This document shows positions 9,275 through 19,200 of a DNA stretch of 64,000 bases, piece by piece. Numbering within the stretch: position 1 is the first letter of the stretch; each line of letters opens with the position of its first letter. The DNA lies in the IMG/VR virus record IMGVR_UViG_3300025640_001000. One strand, given 5' to 3'. Source of the stretch: a virus (Duplodnaviria; Caudoviricetes). The notes under the pieces were generated by a model that saw only the letters and a program-made list of their open reading frames with translations, did no database searches and was not told the origin of the DNA. The translations under genes were made by a program, and so were the position numbers.

Positions 9275-9891
9275 TAGGAGTAAGTGGAGTTGCCCGTAGT
9301 GGCAAGAATTTGTTTTGTGATTTGATCATTGAAGAATTAGCAAAACAAGGTTATACAGCAAAGCAGTTTGCGTTGGCAAATGCTCTTAAACGAGATTGTG
9401 AAAACTTTCTGAAAACACAATGCAATCTTGATGTTTATACAGACAACACACAACAAAAAACATTGTTTCGTGAGTTTCTTGTGTGGTACGGAGATTTGCG
9501 AAGAAAGCAAACCAACGGCCGTCATTGGATTGAAACAATGGACGATACAATATCACGATATACAGGAGATGTTGCGTTGGTTAGTGATGTACGATATGCA
9601 CATTATACTAACGATGAACTTACTTGGGTTACACACGAACATGAAGGATTGCTTGTGCATCTTCGTAGATATGAACGTTCTTCAACTGCGGTTATTGATG
9701 CCAATGGCAATGTACAAATGAATTACGTTAAACCACCAAACGAACACGAACGAATCAATGATCCTAAATTAAGAGAAGGATCACACTTTCAACTCAATTG
9801 GCCAACCGTAGAAGACCCACGAAAAAGTTTGGAAATTATGAATATGGTCAATGAAGTAACAACAGAAATAATAGAATTGGTAAACAAGTAA
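9265..9891 (+). CDS. Deoxynucleoside monophosphate kinase
   Basis: P-loop GVSGVARSGK, FALANALK, REFLVWYG, LVSDVRY..E. Confidence 0.8.
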   Translation: MFVVGVSGVARSGKNLFCDLIIEELAKQGYTAKQFALANALKRDCENFLKTQCNLDVYTDNTQQKTLFREFLVWYGDLRRKQTNGRHWIETMDDTISRYTGDVALVSDVRYAHYTNDELTWVTHEHEGLLVHLRRYERSSTAVIDANGNVQMNYVKPPNEHERINDPKLREGSHFQLNWPTVEDPRKSLEIMNMVNEVTTEIIELVNK

Positions 9892-10434
9892 ATGGGAACA
9901 ACTAAAAGTAAACGAAGAGTTAAAATTGTAGAAAGCATTGCATCTGCAATTTCAAGTAAAAAGATTTTTGATACAATTGATTATCGTAATCGCAACGAAG
10001 ATTACATCAAGCAGTATATGCACCAACCACTCATAAGTGAGCTAGAAGAGTTGTATGAAAATTTAGAATTAAGCAAGTCTATGGACAAAGACCTTGTTAA
10101 GCAAAAAGCAAAAAATTGTTTGTTGTGGGAAGGTGATGTTAATACCACAGTAAACAACTTTACATTCTTTGGAACTCAGCATCGTCCTGATTTTGTTGTT
10201 AAGATTGATAAGTTGAGTGTCGCAGTTGAAGTCAAGAAGGGTGAAACTGGAAGTTCATTACGTGAAGGTATTGGACAAAGTTTAGTTTATTCAAGTTCGT
10301 TTGATTTTGTGGTTTATTTGTATGTGGATATTTCCAAAGATAAAAAGATTCGTGATAGTATGAATGGTGTAAAAGAACAAGAACTTATCAACGACCTTTG
10401 GGATAGTCACAACGCACTATTTCAAGTAGTGTAA
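9892..10434 (+). CDS. PD-(D/E)XK nuclease-like protein
   Basis: HRPDFVV...AVEVKK...GIGQSLVY. Confidence 0.6.
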   Translation: MGTTKSKRRVKIVESIASAISSKKIFDTIDYRNRNEDYIKQYMHQPLISELEELYENLELSKSMDKDLVKQKAKNCLLWEGDVNTTVNNFTFFGTQHRPDFVVKIDKLSVAVEVKKGETGSSLREGIGQSLVYSSSFDFVVYLYVDISKDKKIRDSMNGVKEQELINDLWDSHNALFQVV

Positions 10435-10967
10435 TGAATTTACTCGCAGAAACACGGTGTACTGTCATCGGTCATATGCAGTATGCGAATGGTCGTGATA
10501 TTCGTGAAAACATCAATCAGCAACTTAAAAAGATGAACATCAAGTTGTTTGATCATTACAAGCAACCTTTTTTGATGGACGTTAATGAAGATGAAGAAAC
10601 ACATGATGAACTTAGACTGGCATTAAAAAATAGTGACTATGAAAAAGTTGAAGCATACAAAGAAATTCGTAGTTACGATCTCAGTTTAATTGATAGAAGT
10701 GACTTTGTGATATTCGTTTACGATCCAGAAGTGGTAACTTGTGGAAGTTGGGAAGAATTTTTTACTGCAAACCGTATGAAGAAACCCGTCTTCTTTGTTA
10801 ATGTTAGAGGAAAGAATAAAACACCAATGTGGGTGTTTTGGACAATGCCACACAAATACATTTACAATTCAGTTGACGAAGTTGTAGAAAAACTGCAAAA
10901 CATTGATCAAGGTAAAATCCCTATTGATAGTGAACGGTGGAAATTGTTGCGTAATTGTTTTCGTTAA
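10434..10967 (+). CDS. Nucleoside 2-deoxyribosyltransferase-like / nucleotide N-glycosidase
   Basis: DLSLIDRSDFVI, GSWEEF, KKPVF; paralogue of the next gene. Confidence 0.65.
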   Translation: MNLLAETRCTVIGHMQYANGRDIRENINQQLKKMNIKLFDHYKQPFLMDVNEDEETHDELRLALKNSDYEKVEAYKEIRSYDLSLIDRSDFVIFVYDPEVVTCGSWEEFFTANRMKKPVFFVNVRGKNKTPMWVFWTMPHKYIYNSVDEVVEKLQNIDQGKIPIDSERWKLLRNCFR

Positions 10968-10974
10968 AAAACAC

Positions 10975-11013
10975 TTGACAAACTATAATAAATGTTATAA
11001 TATAATATTTATA
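10975..11013 (+). promoter_or_regulatory. Composite promoter
   Basis: TTGACA at 10975, TGnTATAAT at 10993-11001, TATTTATA at 11006-11013, ATG at 11019. Confidence 0.55.
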
Positions 11014-11018
11014 TAAAG

Positions 11019-11567
11019 ATGAAGAAAAGTAAAAACAATCTATGGCGCACCAAAACATATTTGGTTGGGCATATGCAGTATAAAAGTGGTCGTGATTGGA
11101 GAGGGTATGTAACCGAGGAATTGAATCCTATGGGTGTTACCGTTTTTGATCCATACCACAAACCATTCGTAGAAGACGTAGACGAAGATGAACCAGCAAG
11201 AGTAGAAATGCTTCAAATGATGGAAGATGGAAAATATGATGAACTTACTCGTAGAATGAAGAAAGTTCGTAATTATGATCTGAACCTCGTTGACAGAAGT
11301 GATTTCATTATTGCGAATCTTCAACCTGAAATTGCAAGTTGGGGTTCTGCTGAAGAAATCGTAACTGCGGTTCGTGAGCAAAAACCTGTGTTCGTTGCAA
11401 TTGAAGGTGGCAAAGTCAAAACTCCATTGTGGATGCTTGCGATGTTTCCACACAAATACATTTACAATAGTATTGAAGAAGTTGTAGACATTATCAAGGA
11501 CATTGACTCGGGTAAAAAACGTTTAGATAGTGGTAGATGGAAACTGCTGAAAAAAGAGTACCGGTAA
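11019..11567 (+). CDS. Nucleoside 2-deoxyribosyltransferase-like / nucleotide N-glycosidase
   Basis: TYLVGHM..GRDWR, VFDPY, DLNLVDRSDFIIA, WGSAEEI, KPVF. Confidence 0.7.
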   Translation: MKKSKNNLWRTKTYLVGHMQYKSGRDWRGYVTEELNPMGVTVFDPYHKPFVEDVDEDEPARVEMLQMMEDGKYDELTRRMKKVRNYDLNLVDRSDFIIANLQPEIASWGSAEEIVTAVREQKPVFVAIEGGKVKTPLWMLAMFPHKYIYNSIEEVVDIIKDIDSGKKRLDSGRWKLLKKEYR

Positions 11568-12052
11568 AGCAATTTTGCTTTGTATGTACAGGTAATCTGT
11601 ACCGAAGCAAGTATGCGGAGGCGTGCTTTAATTATTTGTGCATTAAAAACAATGTAACAAATCTCAGAGCATTTAGTCGTGGTCTTCGTGTACAACCAAC
11701 GGAACATTATGAACACGGAGAATCATTTACATTTCCAATTAGATTAGCAATTCCGACATACAAACGCATGGTTAAACGCAAAATACCATTTTGTTTGATT
11801 GGAGCAACTAATCAGATGCTTGATAATTACGATTGTGCAAGTAGTGATAAAATTATTTTAATGAATAAGAATGAGCATATGCCGTGGATGCAACAAAAGC
11901 ACTCTGAGTATCTTGATCGTGTTGAATGTCTTGAGATTGGTGATAAAAATTATCTTCCTGAAAATGGATACGATGGTCCTGCGTGGGAAATTGATGATGC
12001 TCTGAGTGCGATTGAAGTGTTCGTAGAAAATTTTTTTAAAGAACACATATAA
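11537..12052 (+). CDS. Low-molecular-weight protein phosphatase (LMW-PTP/ArsC/YwlE fold)
   Basis: FVCTGNLYRSKYAE (CX5R), AFSRG, SDKIILM; start uncertain. Confidence 0.75.
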   Translation: METAEKRVPVKQFCFVCTGNLYRSKYAEACFNYLCIKNNVTNLRAFSRGLRVQPTEHYEHGESFTFPIRLAIPTYKRMVKRKIPFCLIGATNQMLDNYDCASSDKIILMNKNEHMPWMQQKHSEYLDRVECLEIGDKNYLPENGYDGPAWEIDDALSAIEVFVENFFKEHI

Positions 12053-12104
12053 AGTTATACAAATTCTTCTTGGATTTCATATTTATCTATGAAAGGAAGA
12101 CTGA

Positions 12105-12629
12105 ATGGACTATAAAAAAATACCAGTAGGCAAAGATTCTCCCCATACAGTAAATTGTGTAATTGAAATACCAAGAGATACCAATCAGAAGTATGAGTTT
12201 GATGACGAGATACAAGCATTTCGCTTAGATAGAATATTAAAGTCTGCTATGCGGTATCCTGCCAATTATGGTTTTATTCCATCAACATTAGGTGAAGACG
12301 GAGATCCAATTGATATGCTCACCTACAACTGGACACCAATGGCAATGGGTTGTGTGGTGCGATGTCATGTAGTTGGTGTTTTGGAAATGGAAGATGACGG
12401 TGAAATGGACTGGAAGGTTATTGGTCGTCCTGTGACATCTTACAAAAAAAGTATCGTTGATATACACAACATCAATGAATCATTTCTTGAAATGGCAACA
12501 AATTTCTTTCAACATTACAAAGACCTTGAAGGCAAACAAGTAAAAATTGGCAGTTGGTTACCAAAAGACAAAGCAGTAGAAATAATTCAACAAAGTATAC
12601 AAAGATATAACGACAATAAAAATATTTAA
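12105..12629 (+). CDS. ppa: Family I inorganic pyrophosphatase
   Basis: IEIP, KYE, LDR, YPANYGFIP, EDGDPID, DDGEMDWK, FFQHYKDLE. Confidence 0.93.
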   Translation: MDYKKIPVGKDSPHTVNCVIEIPRDTNQKYEFDDEIQAFRLDRILKSAMRYPANYGFIPSTLGEDGDPIDMLTYNWTPMAMGCVVRCHVVGVLEMEDDGEMDWKVIGRPVTSYKKSIVDIHNINESFLEMATNFFQHYKDLEGKQVKIGSWLPKDKAVEIIQQSIQRYNDNKNI

Positions 12630-12644
12630 TATATATTTATTGTT

Positions 12645-12950
12645 ATGAACATATCACCCGCATCTGGAAAACGAAGAGGTAGTAGTGGATTTATTCGTCC
12701 CGAGTTTTATGCTAAAGATAAAGCATACAAAGCAGATACCTGTGAAAAAACAACCGGATACACATTGGCAGAATATGAAGACAATGTAGAAAAAATGCTA
12801 ACAAGTGGAGATTATCGTTTATTTTACAAGCATTTTTATTATGCTGATGCAGACAAACAATTAAAATTTAGAACCGAGGGTGGTGATGATGATTACATCA
12901 TTGATAAACAAGATTTCCACAAAGATGAGGATTTAACAAAGGAATTGTAA
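12645..12950 (+). CDS. Hypothetical protein
   Basis: ORF with TATTTAT motif directly upstream. Confidence 0.6.
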   Translation: MNISPASGKRRGSSGFIRPEFYAKDKAYKADTCEKTTGYTLAEYEDNVEKMLTSGDYRLFYKHFYYADADKQLKFRTEGGDDDYIIDKQDFHKDEDLTKEL

Positions 12951-12951
12951 T

Positions 12952-13380
12952 ATGAATGTATATGATGACGGCCGTGCCGAAGATAAAAATCCTGCATTCG
13001 GTGGTGTAATGATCAAGTGCAAAAACAAAGTTCTTTTGTGCAAACGAAGAGAAGATATTCCAGATACTGCATTACCAGATTATTGGAGTGTTCCGTGTGG
13101 ATATGTAGAAGAAGACGAAGAAATCAAAGCAGCTGCAATCCGAGAAACATTAGAAGAAACACAAATTGAATTGGATGTTGCATCGGTGAGATTTTTATCA
13201 GCATATCCTGCTCATGGTGGTCGTGGAGTATTTTACGATTACGTTTGCGAAATAGAAGAAGAAGCAGAACCTATTATAGATGAAGAGCATTCTGAGTGGG
13301 GATATTTTTCAAAAGATGAAATTCCAACTCCAATCACAGACGAAATGCGAAACGATGTATTGATTGCACTTGGAGAGTGA
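12952..13380 (+). CDS. NUDIX hydrolase
   Basis: Nudix box GYVEEDEEIKAAAIRETLEET; EHSEWGYF. Confidence 0.88.
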   Translation: MNVYDDGRAEDKNPAFGGVMIKCKNKVLLCKRREDIPDTALPDYWSVPCGYVEEDEEIKAAAIRETLEETQIELDVASVRFLSAYPAHGGRGVFYDYVCEIEEEAEPIIDEEHSEWGYFSKDEIPTPITDEMRNDVLIALGE

Positions 13381-13381
13381 T

Positions 13382-13942
13382 GTGATTAGTTTGACGGATA
13401 TAGTTGCGGAAATAACCGACAAACAAACTTGGCAAATTTTATCCAATGTATTTCATACTATGCCCAAATATGTGTTTGATGATTTCATTATGTCTAAAGA
13501 CGGATTTTTTCAAAAAGAATTAAAACGAATATTGAAAGATGATCCAGATGCAGACGAAGATGATATCGCATTTGAATTTGAAGATTGGATTGATGTAAAG
13601 TGGAAACTAAAAGTGATTGAAGTAAGTCCATCAAACTTCACCAAGAAAAATTTACAGAATATGATTCAAAGAAAATTCGGAAATGCAAATCCAAGTAAAA
13701 TACCTGATGACGAAAAACGAACTGAGTATCAAAGAGACCTCGCAAAGAAATTAAAACCAGGAACAAACGAACCCGTGATTATATTATCCAATGGCAACGA
13801 GTTAAAGTTGCTTGAAGGGTGGCATCGTACTATGGCCATTTTAAGTTTAGGAAACAACGGAGAAAACAATCCAACCAAGTGGAACAAAATTAAAATAAAA
13901 GCATGGATTGGAACAGGTTCTACAGTCAAGAATGTGTGGTAG
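13382..13942 (+). CDS. ParB/Srx-like domain protein
   Basis: EPVII...LLEGWHRTMA; likely GTG start at 13382 (MISLTDIVAE). Confidence 0.5.
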   Translation: MISLTDIVAEITDKQTWQILSNVFHTMPKYVFDDFIMSKDGFFQKELKRILKDDPDADEDDIAFEFEDWIDVKWKLKVIEVSPSNFTKKNLQNMIQRKFGNANPSKIPDDEKRTEYQRDLAKKLKPGTNEPVIILSNGNELKLLEGWHRTMAILSLGNNGENNPTKWNKIKIKAWIGTGSTVKNVW

Positions 13943-13948
13943 TGATCA

Positions 13949-14344
13949 ATGAAACTCAACGGCAAGAAATATCTTAAACAAGATTCTGTTACCAACACAC
14001 TTGAGGATATGATAATTTTACTGGAAATGGGAAGTTATTATGAAATTTCTGATGCAATCAGAAATATAAAACCAGATCACGCAGATAATGTAGCAAAAAA
14101 ACTTGCTCAATTTCAAGATATGTTTTTGGTTTATTTTGAAACAGAAACACATTGTAAACTTGATACTTTATTGGAGATGACAGACGAAAACAAGTACGAT
14201 CCACATAAAGAAAAAGTTAGTTTATTTTCGCAGGGTGCATATGGTGTGACTGTTCACGCAGATGCTGATTCGTGTGAAAGATATATTTTTAATGTTTGTC
14301 TGCAAGTATTTGCAAGCAAATTAAAAAAAATAAATAAAGACTGA
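13949..14344 (+). CDS. Hypothetical protein
   Basis: Tightly packed co-directional ORF. Confidence 0.6.
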   Translation: MKLNGKKYLKQDSVTNTLEDMIILLEMGSYYEISDAIRNIKPDHADNVAKKLAQFQDMFLVYFETETHCKLDTLLEMTDENKYDPHKEKVSLFSQGAYGVTVHADADSCERYIFNVCLQVFASKLKKINKD

Positions 14345-14398
14345 GATATACAAACATCTTAACTAAATACTAATGTTGGGTATATTTATTTATAAAAA

Positions 14399-16234
14399 AT
14401 GGCCAGTTTATCAAAAAAATCATTTATATGGATTTCATCCACATTACCTAATCCAGTTTTAACTGAGTTGAGAAACTTGTCTGACTTGATAAGTTCAATT
14501 TCGATATATCAATCTGAGAAATCTTCAAACTATCTCAAAAAGGGTAGCAAGGCAAGTTATAGTGCTACGAAGCAATTTCAAAACGGAGTAGCTTACAACC
14601 AAACTTCAACTGGTTCAATGGGAGTAAATCATGTTATTCAAACTGCGATGGACTTTGACGCAGGTAGAATTATACCCACATTTAGTGAGGGATTTGAAAT
14701 AACTGGATTAACAGGACATTATTCCAACGGAAATGGACCATATAAAATGTCTACTAATTTTAAAAACGACAATGTCGTTTATTTTAACGAAAATAAGTGG
14801 GCAATATGGTATGATTCAGATAAAAATGAATGGGTTCTTACAAATGAACTAATAAAGCACAAGTCACGAACTGAGTATGAATTTATATTAAGAAACGGCA
14901 ACACAGAACCTGATGCCGGCACTTACACCTCGGCCGATGGTACACAAAATGGATACACACCAAGTTCAGTTGGTTCACAAGTTAAAGTGATCATGCCATC
15001 ATTTAGTGAGTCAAGTTCTGTAATTAAAGTTGCAGCCGGTGGAACACACACGCTATTTCTTGATAAATCAAATAATGTGTGGGCTGTGGGGTTGTCTAAC
15101 TATGGCCAAGCAGTCCCAACTGAAATATCTTCACTTCCAAAACGAATTTCAAAACATGATGCGATTGACATAGCAGTTGGTCCTGGTGTATCATTTATTA
15201 CAAAACAAGATGGTTCTGTGTGGACTGTGGGTCAAAACACGAAGGGTACTGGTTTACTAGATAAAAATACACTTCGTAGGCATTCGACTCGGACCATAGG
15301 AACTCTTTTATACAAAGAAAACTTCGGAACTATTCCAAGTTTAACCAAAGCATCAAACGGGGGGCAAGATGATATAATACTTCAGATTAAAGCAAGTGAG
15401 GCAAATTCGTATGTTTTGAAATATGAAAAAATCGATGGTGTATCACGAAAAAACTTATATTCATACGGAAGTAATGAATTCGGACAACTGGGTACTGGAG
15501 ATGCATATTTTGGACTGAACAAAACTCCTGTGTTCGCACAAAACCAATTGGTAACATCAGATTCGGCACGAAATGAAATTCAATTTGACACAGGACGAAA
15601 TTTTTTAATGTGGATTCGTCAAGGTAGATTGTATGGCATTGGCAATTCAAGTTATGGCAATCTTGGGAGACTTCGGACCTCCAATTATGGAAATTCGGTA
15701 GCACAACCAAATCCGTGGGGAAATCTCAAAGCAGTTAAGGTATGTTGTGGCCAGGATTTTTCTGTTGTACTACTAGACGATGGATCTGTTTGGGCAAGTG
15801 GTAATCGTGAAATGAATCGTTTTCCTTCGGCAATAGGTGGAAGCAAAGATACACGTGCTGGAAGTTATTACGTACATGAACAATTTTATAGAATTCTCGC
15901 GGGTGGAGCTCAAGATATAGAGACTGGTCAATTTCATACAATTGTGTTGATGGAAGATGGACGATTGATGAGTTCAGGAGACAACCGATTTGGCCAACTT
16001 GGCCATCCTGGAGCAGTGCAAAATAAACGATCAGTTACTGCTAAATTTCAAAGTATATTGGTTGATGGTAAACCGGTGGTATCTGGTGTGACATATATAC
16101 ACGCAGGTGACTTAAGTACATTTTTCATTATGGACGATTCGTTGTATGCAGTTGGACTCAATAATTACGGACAACTTGGTGATGGTTCCCGAAACAATCT
16201 GACTTCTGCATCAAAAATTTATCCAACTGGATAA
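14399..16234 (+). CDS. RCC1/BLIP-II repeat protein with degenerate N-terminal shared domain (putative virion protein)
   Basis: Repeats VAAGGTHTLFL, GSNEFGQLGTG, GDNRFGQLG, GLNNYGQLGDG. Confidence 0.75.
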   Translation: MASLSKKSFIWISSTLPNPVLTELRNLSDLISSISIYQSEKSSNYLKKGSKASYSATKQFQNGVAYNQTSTGSMGVNHVIQTAMDFDAGRIIPTFSEGFEITGLTGHYSNGNGPYKMSTNFKNDNVVYFNENKWAIWYDSDKNEWVLTNELIKHKSRTEYEFILRNGNTEPDAGTYTSADGTQNGYTPSSVGSQVKVIMPSFSESSSVIKVAAGGTHTLFLDKSNNVWAVGLSNYGQAVPTEISSLPKRISKHDAIDIAVGPGVSFITKQDGSVWTVGQNTKGTGLLDKNTLRRHSTRTIGTLLYKENFGTIPSLTKASNGGQDDIILQIKASEANSYVLKYEKIDGVSRKNLYSYGSNEFGQLGTGDAYFGLNKTPVFAQNQLVTSDSARNEIQFDTGRNFLMWIRQGRLYGIGNSSYGNLGRLRTSNYGNSVAQPNPWGNLKAVKVCCGQDFSVVLLDDGSVWASGNREMNRFPSAIGGSKDTRAGSYYVHEQFYRILAGGAQDIETGQFHTIVLMEDGRLMSSGDNRFGQLGHPGAVQNKRSVTAKFQSILVDGKPVVSGVTYIHAGDLSTFFIMDDSLYAVGLNNYGQLGDGSRNNLTSASKIYPTG

Positions 16235-16238
16235 AATT

Positions 16239-19200
16239 ATGGCCATTGTTAAAAAACGAACCTCTCATGTATGGATCACCTCAGTAGATGGATGTGAAAA
16301 TAAACCTATTGATGATTATTCTGAATATGTTAATTCACTTCTTGCGGTAAATGGTGATAAACAAGAATATATCAGTAAATCACCACACAACATTACCGAA
16401 TTTAATTGTGGTTCTACATATACTTTATTTTCCGACAAAGTAAATTATTATGTTCCCAACTTGGTTGAATCAAATATTGATAAAGATGAAGGTAGAATAA
16501 GTCCTCATATTTTTGAACGATTTGTAATGTATGGTTTAGATGAATATTACCTTGATGCCAACGGAATTTATATTTTAACATCCACATTCAAAAACAGAAA
16601 ACCCACATACACTAATCGTGAGGGAACATGGAAAATATTTTGGGAAACCGACACAAAGTGGAATTTAGTGCCAACTGCATTCAATTCAGTTGAACCTCCA
16701 TTTCTTGATAAACCTTTATTGAATGATCACAATGAACCAACAAGTGGTTTTTATACAGGTCAAAATCAAAAAGGATATACTTCTCATTCTATTAAATCAT
16801 TTGAAATAACTGATTTGATTGATTACTATGTTACTGCAAATGGAAACTACAATGTTACGTTTTTCTTTAAAAATGATCGTCAAACATATCGTCACGAAAC
16901 TAATCGTTGGTGGATTTGGTGGGATTCAAATAAAAACAGATGGGAACTCACTTACTCAGAAAACGATTCATACGAACGACCATATACAGATAGATTGTTC
17001 AATTTAGATGATGATGTAATTGGAGGTTTGTGGGAAAGTTTAGATGGAGTGCAAAAAGGATTGGGTCCCAATTCTCCTGCGTTACCTCCCACACCAACAC
17101 CAACTGCCACTCCGACACCAACTGCTACACCAACTCCGACACCAACTCCGACACCAACTCCGACTGAAGTTATAAATGAAATTGTGGATGTAGCTTCAGG
17201 TGATGATTTTACTTTGATTTTAAAAACCACCGGAAAAGTGGAAGTAACTGGTAACAACGAACATGGTTCGTTGGCAACCGGAGATAGACTTACAAAAGAT
17301 TACAAACGAGAATCAAAAATTTCTGATGTAAAAGCAATTGCGGCGGGAAAACGACATTCTTTATTTTTGAAAAATGATGGTTCTTTGTATGTGTGTGGTG
17401 ACAATTCATATGGTCAATTGGGAAATACTGATGTAACAAGTTCGGTGTCAGACCCAATGTTGGTGGAATCTGCTGACGTGATAAGTATCTCATGTACTGC
17501 GTTTGGTTCTTTGTTCGTTAAAAATAATGGAAAAGTTTATGCGTTCGGATACAATAAAAACGGAACACTTGGAACAGGATCGTTTGATAATATAACAACT
17601 CCTATTGAAATCAACAACAAACATACTTTGACAAATGTCACGATGGGATATGATCCAAAAACCGTGACAAATACAAACGGAAATCAAATGATTCGGGATG
17701 AAGTTTCTAGAAGCTTCAAATCAGTAAACAATAATTGTATAAATTATACAGAAGAACGAGGTTTGGTTTTCGATTTCAATGAAAGAAACGATTTCTTTGA
17801 TATGGGAAATGTTCACAATGAAATATTCAAAACAGGAACATTTTCATTTTCATTTTGGTGCAATCTACGTTCTCATCAATCAACCGAACACAATACACGT
17901 GGTGGAATGTTAATTTCAAAGTGGTATTCAAGTGATGCGTTGTGGTTGAGAAATTCATTTATAATTTATGCTTCAGGAACATTTGTATCTGCACATGAAA
18001 ACTCAGTAACACATATACTTGATGAATCTGGAAACTCTGCTAGTTTACCTCTTAATACTTGGTTGCATATGGCATATGTACTTGAAGACGGAAAACTTAA
18101 CATTTATATAAACGGAGAACAACAACACATTTCCAACAAAAATCACATACATAGATTTTCTGATCAAGCAACCTCCCGATTAGCTTTGGGTATTTTGCAC
18201 CACAACAAAAGCTATGCACTCAATGGAATGATGGATGATTTCAGAATGTTTGATAAAACTTTATCTGATGGTGACATTATGTCGTTGTACAAAAACGATG
18301 CTTATTTTGGTGACGATGTAGAATTAACTGAGTTTCCTGAAATGAAAGAAGTAACATCAGGTTACTCTCATTCATTTTTAATATCAAAGCACAACGAACT
18401 TTATGGTTTTGGTCAAAACGACCACGGACAACTTGGTGATTCAACTCTTGAAAACTCATTTGCTCCAAAAAAAGTGTATGAAGGTAGAATTAAAAAAGTT
18501 TCTGCTGGATCTGCTCATAGTATCGCATTAACTGAAGATGACCGATTATTAATGGCAGGTAGAAACGATGTAGGGCAAATTGGAGCAGGAGCTGCACCTG
18601 GATACAGAAAGTTCACATACATTCAAAAACCAGAGATTGTCAACTTTGCAGCCGGTGCTGGTCATAGTTTGATTTTAAACTATAAAGGCAATCTGATGGT
18701 CACCGGTAAAAATACTGATGGTCAACTTGGAACAGGAAACTTTAGAAATCAAAATACATTTTTAGCAAACAATATTCAAAAGGTTATCAATGTATTTGCT
18801 GGTGCGAAAAATAGTTACTTGTTGTTGTCTAATGGTAAGTTACTTGGAATGGGTGACAATGATTTATATCAGTTAGCAGATGGAACAACATCTGACAGAA
18901 CAGATCCAGTTGAAGTTGGAAACGAAGCAATTCCTCCGGAGACTCCTACTCCTACTCCTACTCCTACTCCAACCTACAATGAGTTTGATACAGATATGGA
19001 GTGTGATGTAACCTTTGATTATTGGTTGCAAAATGCACCAACAAAACAAGGAATGTCAGATTTTGCAAAATATCAAAAAACATTCACATTGAATCCATTC
19101 TCTGTTCAAAGAGTAATGCAATTCGAATTTGCATCTACTCACATAAACGAAGGTAGGCATCTTGAAATAAAAGACTTGGAGTTATCGTCAGAAAAAACTG

